Notes: a model not told the origin generated them from the letters alone. 64,000 nt of DNA from an uncultured Bacteroidales bacterium (GCA_963717685.1 OY970346.1:2736419-2800418), one strand, 5' to 3'. Positions 38,302-48,336 are shown, numbered from the stretch's first letter. A program made the numbers and translations.

Positions 38302-40305
38302 ATGTCAAAAATAGGAGTATTTGTCTGTCATTGCGGTGAGAACATCGGTGCGACAGTCGATTGTGCAAGAGTGGCTGAAGCGGCTGGAAAATATGAAGGA
38401 GTCACATACAGTGTTGACTATAAATATATGTGCTCCGATCCCGGGCAGAGCCTTATCAAGAGCGCCATTACAGAAAAAGGACTGACGGGTGTTGTTGTAG
38501 CCGCCTGCTCCCCGAGGATGCATGAGCCGACATTCAGAAAAGCTTGTGCAGAAGCAGGATTGAATCCGTACATGTGTGAAATGGCCAACCTTCGTGAGCA
38601 CTGCTCATGGGTCCATGAAAAGGGCGAGGCTACAACAGAGAAAGCCATTGACCTGGTAAGGGTCCTTGTGGAAAAAGTGAAACACAACCAGTCCCTTGAC
38701 GCAATAAAAGTCCCAGTGACAAAAACAGCACTGGTCATAGGCGGAGGAATTGCAGGCATACAGGCAAGCCTGGATATTGCGAATACAGGTCATAAAGTTA
38801 TTCTTATTGATAAGGAGCCATCAATAGGAGGGCATATGTCCCAGCTTTCTGAGACATTCCCTACGCTGGACTGCTCTCAATGCATCCTTACTCCGAGAAT
38901 GGTCGAGGTGGCACAGCATCCAAATATAACATTGTATACCTATGCTGAACTTGAAAGCCTTGAGGGATTCATAGGCAACTTCAAAGTCAGGATCAGGCGG
39001 AAATCCAAAAGCCTGGATGAAAAGATTTGCACAGGATGCGGGATGTGCACGACAAAATGCCCTGTCAAGAAAATTCCGAGTGAATTCAATGAAGGATTGG
39101 GAATGAGAACCGCAATATATGTTCCATTTCCACAGGCTGTCCCCAATAAGCCGGTGATAGACAGGAAGAACTGCACGTATTATATTAAAGGGAAATGCCG
39201 CATCTGTGAAAAGGTTTGTCCCACACAGGCAATAAGATTCGACCAGGAGGACCAGATCGTCGAAGCCGAAATAGGGGCAATTGTTCTTGCCACAGGCTTC
39301 ACGGTCAAGCAGACTGATTTTTTCCCGGAATATGGATATGGCAAATATCCGGATGTCATAACCGGGCTTCAGTATGAGCGGCTTGCGTCCGCTTCAGGAC
39401 CGACTCTGGGTGAAATTCGCCGGCCTTCGGACGGCAAGATCCCTGAAAAAATTGTCTTTGTATCCTGTGCCGGTTCACGTGATGAGGCAAAAGGAATTCC
39501 TTACTGCTCAAAGATCTGCTGTATGTATGTGGCAAAGCATGCCATGCTGTATCAGCATAAGGTGCATGGAGGCAAGTCATATGTGTTTTATATGGATATC
39601 AGGGCGGGTGGCAAAAATTACGAGGAATTCGTAAGGCGTGCCATTGAAGAAGACGGAGTTAATTATATAAGAGGAAGAATTTCAAGGATATATCAAAAGA
39701 ATGGCAAGCTTATTGTCAAGGGGGCGGATACCCTGCTGGGTGCTATGCCTGTCGAGATAGAGGCCGATATGGTTGTTCTGGCTACCGCCGGAGTGGCAAA
39801 TCCCGGCACTGAAGAGCTGGCACAGAAGCTTCATGTCTCATACGATGCATATAACTTCTTTGCCGAAGCTCACCCGAAGCTTAAACCTGTGGAGACAAAC
39901 ACTGCAGGAATATTTCTCGCCGGAGCCTGCCAGTCCCCGAAAGATATTCCAGATTCTGTAGCCATGGCATCGGGAGCAGCAGTAAAGGTGGCCGGGCTGT
40001 TTTCACAAGATGAGCTTACTCGCGAACCGTTGATCGCGGTAGTCAACCGCCAGGCTCCGCCGGTATATTCCTCATGTGTCGGATGCTTCCTGTGCGTATC
40101 AGCCTGTCCTTACCAGGCGATCGAAAAAGAAGAGATCAGAAACAGGGCCGGAGAAGTGATCAAGACCGTTGCTAAGGTAAATCCGGGCCTTTGTCAGGGA
40201 TGTGGAACATGTGTCGCCTTTTGCAGGACAAAATCAATAGATATACAGGGCTATACTCATGAACAGATGTATTCTGAAGTGATGGCATTATTGAATGAAT
40301 ATTAA
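38302..40305 (+). CDS. hdrA: Heterodisulfide reductase subunit A-like FAD/FeS flavoprotein
   Basis: N-terminal VFVCHCGENIG, FAD fold VIGGGIAGIQASL, and four ferredoxin-type motifs (CTGCGMCTTKCP, CRICEKVCP, CVGCFLCVSACP, CQGCGTCVAFC). Confidence 0.88.
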   Translation: MSKIGVFVCHCGENIGATVDCARVAEAAGKYEGVTYSVDYKYMCSDPGQSLIKSAITEKGLTGVVVAACSPRMHEPTFRKACAEAGLNPYMCEMANLREHCSWVHEKGEATTEKAIDLVRVLVEKVKHNQSLDAIKVPVTKTALVIGGGIAGIQASLDIANTGHKVILIDKEPSIGGHMSQLSETFPTLDCSQCILTPRMVEVAQHPNITLYTYAELESLEGFIGNFKVRIRRKSKSLDEKICTGCGMCTTKCPVKKIPSEFNEGLGMRTAIYVPFPQAVPNKPVIDRKNCTYYIKGKCRICEKVCPTQAIRFDQEDQIVEAEIGAIVLATGFTVKQTDFFPEYGYGKYPDVITGLQYERLASASGPTLGEIRRPSDGKIPEKIVFVSCAGSRDEAKGIPYCSKICCMYVAKHAMLYQHKVHGGKSYVFYMDIRAGGKNYEEFVRRAIEEDGVNYIRGRISRIYQKNGKLIVKGADTLLGAMPVEIEADMVVLATAGVANPGTEELAQKLHVSYDAYNFFAEAHPKLKPVETNTAGIFLAGACQSPKDIPDSVAMASGAAVKVAGLFSQDELTREPLIAVVNRQAPPVYSSCVGCFLCVSACPYQAIEKEEIRNRAGEVIKTVAKVNPGLCQGCGTCVAFCRTKSIDIQGYTHEQMYSEVMALLNEY

Positions 40306-40317
40306 AAACAATGATTA

Positions 40318-40767
40318 ATGGCTGAATTTGAACCAAGGATTGTGGCGTTTGTGTGTAACTGGTGCACATATGCCGGAGCTGACCTCACAGGTACTAGCCG
40401 TATCAAATACGCTTCAAACGTACGAATAATAAGATTCCCCTGCACAGGGCGAATAGATTATATGCTGCTAATAAAGGCTTTCGATGAAGGTGCAGACGGA
40501 ATAATTGTTTCCGGCTGCCATCCGAATGATTGCCATTATACTTCAGGGAATTTCCATGCCAGGAGACGGTGGATAATGTTCCGTTCATTGTGCGACTTTA
40601 TGGGAATTGATATCAGGAGAATTAAATTCTCATGGGTATCGGCCGCGGAAGGTGCAAAATGGGCTAATGTGGTTAACGCTGCTGTGAAGTCGATCAGAGA
40701 GCTCGGACCTTATGAAGAATATAAAGAAGTTGCCAGGAATCCGGTAAAGGAGGTGATCAATGGATGA
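40318..40767 (+). CDS. flxD: MvhD/FlxD-like protein (methyl-viologen-reducing hydrogenase delta subunit family)
   Basis: VAFVCNWCTYAGADL, FPCTGRID and GCHPNDCHY. Confidence 0.85.
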   Translation: MAEFEPRIVAFVCNWCTYAGADLTGTSRIKYASNVRIIRFPCTGRIDYMLLIKAFDEGADGIIVSGCHPNDCHYTSGNFHARRRWIMFRSLCDFMGIDIRRIKFSWVSAAEGAKWANVVNAAVKSIRELGPYEEYKEVARNPVKEVING

Positions 40768-41560
40768 ACTGAGAAATAGAGTAAAAGAGTTGCTGGAAAC
40801 CTCTGCCGTAAAAGTGGTGATAGGCTATGAAAACGGATCGGACAGGAAAACAAGAGCATTGTTTGTTGAGGACCCGAAAGATGCCGAAAGACTTATTTTT
40901 GACAGCCGCTGTATAATGAATCTGGCATCGTACCTCACTAAGACAGAGGTCCGAAATAAGGGCAAAATGGGGATAACAGCCACTCTGCCTGTGATGAGAG
41001 CCGTTATTCAGCTTGCTTCTGAATTCCAGGTGAACGACGGCAATCTGATGGTGCTTGGCATCACGCCTGAAAGCAAAATGATTGAATTTAAAAGCCTGTC
41101 GGAAGTCGAGTCATTTGTGCACAAGTTCCAGATTGAGGTTGATTCGAAATACCGGGAGATGCTTGATAAAATTGATAAAATGGCTCCTTCTGCAAGGTGG
41201 GATTTCTGGATAAAGGAGCTGTCACCGTGCTTTAAATGCTATGCCTGCAGGGCAGCATGCCCGATGTGCTATTGCCACCGGTGTACCGTCGAATTCAATC
41301 AGCCTCAATGGATACCTGTTCCATCTCATGAACTGGGCAATCTCGAATGGCATATTATGAGAGCAATCCATCTTGCTGGACGCTGCGTGGATTGCGATGC
41401 GTGCTATAATGCATGCCCGCTTGCCATTCCGCTTAATCTTCTCACCAAAAGAATGCTGATTGATGCGAAGGAACATTTCGGATGTTATCAGCCATCAATA
41501 AAGGCCGATCATCTTATGTCCACATACAAACCTGAGGATAAGGATAATTTTATATCGTAG
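40760..41560 (+). CDS. flxC: FeS protein, FlxC-like
   Basis: CFKCYACRAACPMCYCHRC and GRCVDCDACYNACP. 8-nt overlap with the preceding gene. The subunit name comes from position and is tentative. Confidence 0.6.
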   Translation: MDELRNRVKELLETSAVKVVIGYENGSDRKTRALFVEDPKDAERLIFDSRCIMNLASYLTKTEVRNKGKMGITATLPVMRAVIQLASEFQVNDGNLMVLGITPESKMIEFKSLSEVESFVHKFQIEVDSKYREMLDKIDKMAPSARWDFWIKELSPCFKCYACRAACPMCYCHRCTVEFNQPQWIPVPSHELGNLEWHIMRAIHLAGRCVDCDACYNACPLAIPLNLLTKRMLIDAKEHFGCYQPSIKADHLMSTYKPEDKDNFIS

Positions 41561-41563
41561 GTC

Positions 41564-42589
41564 ATGAACATTGAAAGGAGATTAGTCAGGAAAAGTCAAC
41601 TTGAAAAACTTTTCGGAATCATAAAGGGGAGTGGTAGAAAGGTTTATGCCCCGTTTACACGGAATGGAAAAACATCATTCAGAAACATTGAAGATTTCAG
41701 CGAAATTGCTGTCGGTTATATTCAGACAACCCAATCATCAAAAGAGGTGTCGTTTCCCAGGACCGAAAAGATCCTCGATTTTTCAAAAGATGAACAGGGA
41801 ATATCAGTGAAAGGCAGGGATTTAGGCGGATTTAAGGAAAGCATACTCTGGGGTGTAAGGCCGTGTGATGCTATGGGGATAGGCCAGCTCAGTTCAATTT
41901 TTAACTGGGATTACTCTGATGAAATATACAACAGCCGCCTTTCAAAAGTGACAGTCATCAGTTTCAGCTGTATAAAGGCTGACGAATACTGTTTCTGCAC
42001 ATCAGTGGGTGGAAATCCGGGCAACACCACAGGAAACGACATCCTTTTCACCCAGATGGGGGAAAACGGAGATTATCTGGCAGAGATAATAACTGAAAAA
42101 GGAGCTAAGGTTGTCTCACTTGCCCCCGATCTTTTTGAACCGGCAGAAAACGTGGAGAAGGAAAAGTATCTTGCCGGTGTCCCCGTAAGGTTCAGCCGCG
42201 AGGAAATCACAGGAAAGCTTGAAAAAATCTTTGAAAGCCCTGAATGGGTTAAACTGTCGCTGAAATGCATTGGCTGTGGGGCATGCGCCTATGTCTGTCC
42301 GACATGCGCATGTTTTGATATTCAGGATGAAGCACACGGGAAATCAGGCTTGCGTGTAAGATGCTGGGATTCATGCGGTTTCTCTCTCTTCACACGGCAT
42401 ACATCCGGACATAATCCCCGTGAGGTGCAGTCACAGCGCTGGAGACAAAGGATCATGCATAAATTTTCATACATGCCCGAAAGGCTTTCAGTTTATGGAT
42501 GCACAGGCTGTGGACGCTGCAGCCGTGCTTGTCCTGCTGATATGAATATACTTGAACATCTGATAACAATTAAAGAAGCTGAAGTATGA
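41564..42589 (+). CDS. flxB: 4Fe-4S dicluster protein of the HydB/AsrA type, FlxB-like
   Basis: CIGCGACAYVCPTCACFD and CTGCGRCSRACP in a 341-aa protein. The subunit name is tentative. Confidence 0.65.
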   Translation: MNIERRLVRKSQLEKLFGIIKGSGRKVYAPFTRNGKTSFRNIEDFSEIAVGYIQTTQSSKEVSFPRTEKILDFSKDEQGISVKGRDLGGFKESILWGVRPCDAMGIGQLSSIFNWDYSDEIYNSRLSKVTVISFSCIKADEYCFCTSVGGNPGNTTGNDILFTQMGENGDYLAEIITEKGAKVVSLAPDLFEPAENVEKEKYLAGVPVRFSREEITGKLEKIFESPEWVKLSLKCIGCGACAYVCPTCACFDIQDEAHGKSGLRVRCWDSCGFSLFTRHTSGHNPREVQSQRWRQRIMHKFSYMPERLSVYGCTGCGRCSRACPADMNILEHLITIKEAEV

Positions 42590-43422
42590 CAGACAACATA
42601 TATATGCCGTACCTCATGAAGGTTGAAAAGATTACATGGGAGGCTCCGGGTGTAAAGACTTTCATGCTGAAGTTCATCAATGAGGATGATCGGAACAAAT
42701 TCAATTTCAAAGCCGGACAATTTGGTGAATACTCGGTTTACGGCGTTGGTGAATCGACTTTTTGCATAGCATCATCACCGACGCGGAGAGGTTATATCGA
42801 ATGTACCTTCAGGCAGACTGGAAAAGTCACCAATGCATTGTCGGGGTGCGAGGAGGGAAGCGTCATCGGATTCCGCGGACCATATGGAAACACGTTCCCT
42901 GTTGACGAATGGAAAGGCAAAAACCTTCTCTTTATTGCTGGAGGAATTGCTTTGCCCCCGATGCGATGCGTGATTTGGAATGCCCTCGATCTGCGTGAGA
43001 ACTTTAAGGATATAACCATCATATATGGAGCAAGGACTGTTAAGGATCTCGTATACAAACACGAGCTTCAGCAGTGGGAAAGAAGGCCTGACGTGAAGCT
43101 TATCACAACTGTTGATCCGGGAGGAGAGTCTCCCGACTGGAGAGGGGAAGTGGGATTTGTACCGACGATAGTCGAGAAGGTTGCTCCTTCATCGGTGAAT
43201 ACCGTGGCAATAGTTTGCGGGCCGCCGGTAATGATAAAATTCACATTCCCTGTGCTTGCAAAGCTAGGCTTTACCGATGATAATATCTTCACTACTCTTG
43301 AAAACAGAATGAAATGCGGTTTCGGGAAATGCGGCAGATGTAATGTCGGGGAAGTATACGTATGCAAGGATGGACCGGTGTTCACTCTTGAACAGCTTAA
43401 CGGGCTTCCTGACGAATACTAG
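42586..43422 (+). CDS. flxA: FAD/NAD(P)H-binding oxidoreductase with a C-terminal 2Fe-2S site (HydG/AsrB/PyrK-like), FlxA-like
   Basis: FAD-binding barrel (FCIASSP), NAD fold LLFIAGGIALPPM, and CGFGKCGRCNVG...VCKDGPVF. ATGA overlap with the upstream gene. Confidence 0.75.
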   Translation: MTDNIYMPYLMKVEKITWEAPGVKTFMLKFINEDDRNKFNFKAGQFGEYSVYGVGESTFCIASSPTRRGYIECTFRQTGKVTNALSGCEEGSVIGFRGPYGNTFPVDEWKGKNLLFIAGGIALPPMRCVIWNALDLRENFKDITIIYGARTVKDLVYKHELQQWERRPDVKLITTVDPGGESPDWRGEVGFVPTIVEKVAPSSVNTVAIVCGPPVMIKFTFPVLAKLGFTDDNIFTTLENRMKCGFGKCGRCNVGEVYVCKDGPVFTLEQLNGLPDEY

Positions 43423-43480
43423 GTATGCAGGCCGTTAAGGATCTGTTTTTCCTGAGAACAAAAGAGACTGAGAAATAAAT

Positions 43481-43885
43481 TTAAGGCGCACTTACTTTTT
43501 CAGTGGCCATCACCATCTTATAATTACGCCGGACACCTATTTCAAGAACATCCACAAGGTCCTGTATATCCAGACTTCGGGCAAATCTTAGTATGACGGT
43601 CGGGCTTTCCAGGTCCCTGGTTTGCTCCGCAAGCTCCTGCTCAAGCTGAGTGAAAGGTATCTCTTTCTGATTAATATAATATCTTTTATCCGCCGTGACA
43701 GTCAGATTGATCTGCTGCTTGTTTATATCCTGAGCGGATTTTGACTTTGGCAGCAGGACTTTTATCACATTTGGATTGCTTAGCGTCGAGACGATCAGGA
43801 AGAAGAGCAGCAGGAAAAACATAATATCATTCAATGACGAGGTGGCAACCTCGGGCTTGAAATGCCTGTTCCTCCTTATATTCAT
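43481..43885 (-). CDS. exbD: Biopolymer transport protein ExbD/TolR
   Basis: 134 aa with the N-terminal SSLNDIMFFLLLFFLIVS helix typical of ExbD. Confidence 0.88.
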   Translation of the reverse strand: MNIRRNRHFKPEVATSSLNDIMFFLLLFFLIVSTLSNPNVIKVLLPKSKSAQDINKQQINLTVTADKRYYINQKEIPFTQLEQELAEQTRDLESPTVILRFARSLDIQDLVDVLEIGVRRNYKMVMATEKVSAP

Positions 43886-43886
43886 C

Positions 43887-44549
43887 TCAGAAAGCCTTTA
43901 TGAATTTAAAAAGCGACTCCTGGAGCCTGATTGTATACCTGTCTATCATCATCTGGAGAAGATGGTATCCGGTATATGCAAGAACTCCGACTATTAAACC
44001 GGTTCCGCTGCAAATCATCTTCTGATATAACCCCCCTGAGATTATTCCAATGCTGATATTATCGGCAAGTGAGATATTGTAGAATATTTTGATCACACCG
44101 GCGATTGTTCCGATAAAACCAAGCATAGGAGCTATCCCGGCAATAATGCCCAGATAACCCGTATGATCCTCCATTTTTGTGATCTCAAGACCGGTCGAGG
44201 TTTCGAGGTTCCTCTCTATATCCGCTGCAGTCTTTCCGGAGTTTTCAATTCCTGTTTCCAGTATTCTGCCAAGAGAGGACTGGTTGCCTTTTGCAAGAGC
44301 CATAGCCTTATCGGTACTTCCCCCTTTAATTTCATCGAGGACCGCTGTGACAAGATTATTATTGATCCTTGAAAGCTTCCTGATATACAAATATCTTTCA
44401 ATGAATACATAAACGCTTATCAGGGAAAGAAGTATAATGGGAATCATTATAAAGCCGCCTTTCATCATCAGGTCGAGCAGGGAAATTGCCTGATCTCCGG
44501 GTTCGGCTCCCCCAGGTGACAGGAAGGTCAGCATCAACAATTGTAACAT
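43887..44549 (-). CDS. exbB: MotA/TolQ/ExbB proton channel protein
   Basis: LGIIAGIAPMLGFIGTIAGVI and GGLYQKMICSGTGLIVGV. Confidence 0.88.
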   Translation of the reverse strand: MLQLLMLTFLSPGGAEPGDQAISLLDLMMKGGFIMIPIILLSLISVYVFIERYLYIRKLSRINNNLVTAVLDEIKGGSTDKAMALAKGNQSSLGRILETGIENSGKTAADIERNLETSTGLEITKMEDHTGYLGIIAGIAPMLGFIGTIAGVIKIFYNISLADNISIGIISGGLYQKMICSGTGLIVGVLAYTGYHLLQMMIDRYTIRLQESLFKFIKAF

Positions 44550-44627
44550 ATATCAGTTGTTTTAATTATATAAGTGGCTTTTATGACTATATCTTAACAG
44601 GATTTTGAAGTGCAAATATATAAATGA

Positions 44628-45413
44628 TCAGATAAAAATCTCTTCAGGATATTCAATATCCGCAAGAAAGAGACCTTTTGCAGGCGCAGATTTGCCAGCC
44701 CTGGCACGATCCCTCGCCAGAATGATCTCCTCAAATTCTTTCAGAGTGGTCTTCCCTCTGCCGGTTTCTACGATTGTTCCGACAATTGCCCTTACCATAT
44801 TCCGAAGGAATCTGTCGGCTTTGATGGTGAAAATAAGAATGTCATTATTTTCTTCCCAGGCTGCGGACAAGATCTTGCAAATATTGGTTCTTGTATCTGA
44901 ATGCAGCCTGCTGAAACTCGTAAAATCGCTATGCTTCATTAATATGCCGCATGTATCATTCATGGTTTTAATATCAATGTTCCCGTGAATGTACCAGGAC
45001 GAATCATTCGTAAAAGGGTTCTTCTTTCTTGAAATATAGTACTTATAGGTGCGTGATATGGCGCTGAATCTGGCATTTGCATCGGGTCTTACCTTAAGAA
45101 TGTACGAGACTGAAATGTCTTTTGGAAGGTACCGGTTCAGCCTGAATATCAGATTCCCATCAGAACTGAGATCCGGCCTTACACTGTCAAAATGAGCGCA
45201 GAATGCCAGAGCATGGACACCGGTATCAGTCCTGCCTGCGCCAGTCGTGTTGATTTCTTCATTCAATATTTTATTTAAGGCTTCATCAAGCAATTCCTGG
45301 ATGGTCACGGAATTTGGCTGAAGCTGCCAGCCATGAAAGGCTGTGCCTTTATAGGAAATAAAAATAAAATATCGCGTTTTCAAGGGTGCATTTTTACAAA
45401 TATAGCTAAACAT
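44628..45413 (-). CDS. truA: tRNA pseudouridine38-40 synthase
   Basis: YKGTAFHGWQ and AGRTDTGVHA (catalytic Asp). The start may be in-frame TTG 45383 (MKTRYFIF...), because an exact -7 box lies at 45397-45404 inside the ATG-extended ORF. Confidence 0.93.
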   Translation of the reverse strand: MFSYICKNAPLKTRYFIFISYKGTAFHGWQLQPNSVTIQELLDEALNKILNEEINTTGAGRTDTGVHALAFCAHFDSVRPDLSSDGNLIFRLNRYLPKDISVSYILKVRPDANARFSAISRTYKYYISRKKNPFTNDSSWYIHGNIDIKTMNDTCGILMKHSDFTSFSRLHSDTRTNICKILSAAWEENNDILIFTIKADRFLRNMVRAIVGTIVETGRGKTTLKEFEEIILARDRARAGKSAPAKGLFLADIEYPEEIFI

Positions 45414-45542
45414 AAAGAATAGAATACCTGGTAAAATTCTTAATAATTATTTGGAACTGTTTATAGGAAAACCGATCTTAAAATGTATTTTTACCTGAGT
45501 TATAAAATCACTCGGTTATTCGTTAAAAATTAAATCTTCAGT

Positions 45543-46877
45543 ATGACAGAGCAAAAAAATACTCAGGCAGCAGGCATGGCCTTTATGGGAATGATATTTT
45601 TCCTGTTTGGTTTTGTTACGACATTCAACATTACACTTGCTGATAAGTTCAAGGCAGTTTTTGAACTGTCTAACTTTCAGGCTCAGCTTGTCAACGGTGC
45701 ATTTTTCTTCACCTATTTTGTCTTATCTTTTGCCTGCGGCGGGATCATTAAGAAAATTGGCTATAAATCGGGTGTTATTATGGGGCTTATCCTGGTAGCC
45801 ATCGGTAGTTTTCTGTTCTTTCCTGCAGCAAAGGCACTTTCCTTTCCTTTCTTCCTGTTTGCCATTTTTATTATGGCCAGCGGAGTTGTCTTCCTCCAGG
45901 TGGCTGCCAACCCTTACGTTACGGCACTTGGACCATCTGAAACTGCTTCAGGAAGGCTTAACCTGACACAGGCTCTTAATTCAATAGCGACTTATATTGC
46001 ACCTCTGATTGCAAGCGCATTTATCTTTAAAGCAGCCAGTGTCTCACTCTCTCCTCAGGAAGCTGCCAAATCGGTTCCAACGCCATTTCTTATAATTTCT
46101 GCAATTGTCATTGTTATTGCGCTGGCTGTTTATTTTCTTAAGCTCCCTGAGATACCCACACAGGGAGTAGAGAGAAAAAGTGTATGGAAATATCCGCATG
46201 TGATTCTCGGTGCAGTTGGTATTTTTTGCTATGTCGGGGCAGAAGTCGGAACTGCTTCCTATATTCAGGTGTACCTGCAGAAAGCCTTGAATATGGTGAA
46301 TACTGATGCAGCAAAGATAGTCGCTCTCTACTGGGGCGGTGCGATGATCGGAAGGTTTTATGGTTCATTCATGCTTTCAAATGTCAATAAATCAAAGAAA
46401 TACCTATATGCTGTCCTTGTGATTTTCCTGGCATTGTTTGTTGGATGGTTTGTAAGGCGTCATGTCACCGATGGGTTGATTTTCGCAGGAATAGCAATAC
46501 TGAATTATCTTGCAATGCAGCTGGGAAAAGGCAAGGCAAACAGGTCCCTGGCCGTATTTGGGATAATCGCAGCGCTGCTGCTTGTTGTTGTAATGTCGTT
46601 GCACGGTGAGATCATTATGTGGGTAGGGCTTTCAGTAGGTTTCTTCAATTCCATTATGTTCCCAAATATATTCGCACTGGGTGTCGACGGGCTTGATAAG
46701 GGAGAGTTAAGCATGGCTTCAGGCCTTATAAACACATTGATCGTCGGCGGTGCGGTCATCCCTGTGCTGATGGGTCTTGTTGCTGATAAAATAGGAGTGG
46801 TGTTTGCATTTATACTTCCTATAATCTGCTATTTGTATATAGTTTTTTATGCTCTGGCAGGAAGCAGGCATAAATGA
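45543..46877 (+). CDS. MFS sugar:H+ symporter of the FucP/GluP (glucose/galactose/fucose) family
   Basis: 12-TM pattern with FLFGFVTTFN and LQVAANPYVTALGP. Confidence 0.85.
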   Translation: MTEQKNTQAAGMAFMGMIFFLFGFVTTFNITLADKFKAVFELSNFQAQLVNGAFFFTYFVLSFACGGIIKKIGYKSGVIMGLILVAIGSFLFFPAAKALSFPFFLFAIFIMASGVVFLQVAANPYVTALGPSETASGRLNLTQALNSIATYIAPLIASAFIFKAASVSLSPQEAAKSVPTPFLIISAIVIVIALAVYFLKLPEIPTQGVERKSVWKYPHVILGAVGIFCYVGAEVGTASYIQVYLQKALNMVNTDAAKIVALYWGGAMIGRFYGSFMLSNVNKSKKYLYAVLVIFLALFVGWFVRRHVTDGLIFAGIAILNYLAMQLGKGKANRSLAVFGIIAALLLVVVMSLHGEIIMWVGLSVGFFNSIMFPNIFALGVDGLDKGELSMASGLINTLIVGGAVIPVLMGLVADKIGVVFAFILPIICYLYIVFYALAGSRHK

Positions 46878-47009
46878 CAAATGATTTAAAGATTGTTGCA
46901 GGAATAAAGAATATGGGGCTGGCTCGTATTTATTTTGAGACAATCTGCTGATATAGCTTAACGACGATTGCTAATTTAACGTCTAATCATAATATAAAAT
47001 CAAATATTC

Positions 47010-48293
47010 ATGGCAACAAGTAAAAATCTGATCGCGAAGATCAACAATGGTGACAATAAGGCCTTCCGCGACTTATACGGCAACGATCCTGCTAAACTGG
47101 ATCGGAACGCAAAAAGGTATATTTCATTACTGAGACAGTTCAGCTCTTCCTTCGGGGAAAAAGATGTTGACTTTTTCAGTTCGCCGGGCCGTACTGAAAT
47201 CGGTGGCAATCATACTGATCACAACTGGGGCCGCGTTCTTGCAGGCGCTGTAAATCTTGATAATGTTTGCGTGGCTGGTAAAAATAATACTGACGTAATA
47301 AATATTTTATCAGAAGGCTATCCTGAATTCAGGGTGGATTTGTCCTCCCTGAAGCCCAGTAAAAAGGAACATCTTACTTCTGCTGCCCTGGTAAGAGGTA
47401 TTTGTTCGCAATTCAAGGAGTCAGGCTATGCAATCGGAGGCTTTGATGCGTGTATTGACGGAGGTGTTCCCAAGGGTTCCGGATTAAGCTCATCGGCTTC
47501 ATTTGAAGTACTTATAGGTGCTATCCTGAGCCAGTTGTTCAACAATGGAAAAGTAGATCCGATAAGGAATGCAATTATTGGCCAGTATTCAGAAAACAAC
47601 TATTTTGGAAAGCCGTGCGGCCTCATGGATCAGACTGCCTGTGCCATGGGAGGACTTATAACTATCGATTTCAAGGATCCATCAAAACCAATTGTAAAAA
47701 AAGTAAACTTCGATTTTGTCGCAACAGGCTTCTCTCTCGTCATTACCGATACCGGAGGGAGCCATGCAGACTTGAATGATGAATACGCCTCTCTTCCTAC
47801 TGACATGAAGGCTGTTGCAGGTGAACTTGGTGCCAGCGTACTCCGCCAGGTAAGCCTTGATCAGGTAATTGAAATAATACCAAGGATAAGGGAAAAGGTG
47901 GGAGATCGGGCTCTGCTCAGGGCTATCCATTTTGAGCGTGACAATCAACGGGTCGTTGACCAGGTTGCAGCTCTGGAAAAAAATGACTTCAAGGCATTTC
48001 TTGGAATGGTGATAGATTCAGGCTACAGTTCCTTTATGTATAACCAGAATATTTATCCGGCCAGCGATGTAAGGGAGCAGGGAGTCTCAATTGCCCTTGC
48101 ACTTAGCGACATATTGCTTAAAGGGGAGGGAGCATGGCGTGTTCATGGAGGCGGATTTGCCGGGACAATACAGGCATTCGTGCCGAAGAACCTGCTTGAT
48201 AAATACATTGGCACCCTTGAGCATGTATTTGGCAAAGGATCATGCCATAGTCTTTTTATCCGGCATCAGGGAGCCGGAAAAGTCGAATTGTAG
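47010..48293 (+). CDS. GHMP sugar kinase of the galactokinase family (long form)
   Basis: GRTEIGGNHTDHNWG (galactokinase-signature position) and the GHMP motif PKGSGLSSSASFEV. 427 aa. Confidence 0.8.
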   Translation: MATSKNLIAKINNGDNKAFRDLYGNDPAKLDRNAKRYISLLRQFSSSFGEKDVDFFSSPGRTEIGGNHTDHNWGRVLAGAVNLDNVCVAGKNNTDVINILSEGYPEFRVDLSSLKPSKKEHLTSAALVRGICSQFKESGYAIGGFDACIDGGVPKGSGLSSSASFEVLIGAILSQLFNNGKVDPIRNAIIGQYSENNYFGKPCGLMDQTACAMGGLITIDFKDPSKPIVKKVNFDFVATGFSLVITDTGGSHADLNDEYASLPTDMKAVAGELGASVLRQVSLDQVIEIIPRIREKVGDRALLRAIHFERDNQRVVDQVAALEKNDFKAFLGMVIDSGYSSFMYNQNIYPASDVREQGVSIALALSDILLKGEGAWRVHGGGFAGTIQAFVPKNLLDKYIGTLEHVFGKGSCHSLFIRHQGAGKVEL

Positions 48294-48336
48294 TCGGCAG
48301 GAGATTATCCATTTCTATTCTTTAACGATAAATATT

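Noticed and set aside
38302-40767. Possible selenocysteine (in-frame TGA) in the HdrA or MvhD-like genes, as occurs in some anaerobes.
   Set aside because: Both ORFs are uninterrupted, with Cys at the expected cluster positions, and there is no in-frame TGA or split ORF.
48091-48336. The 5-prime extension of the mutarotase ORF that overlaps the kinase gene by about 200 nt.
   Set aside because: The extension is out of frame with the well-supported kinase C-terminus and has no mutarotase similarity. ATG 48337 gives a normal GalM N-terminus.
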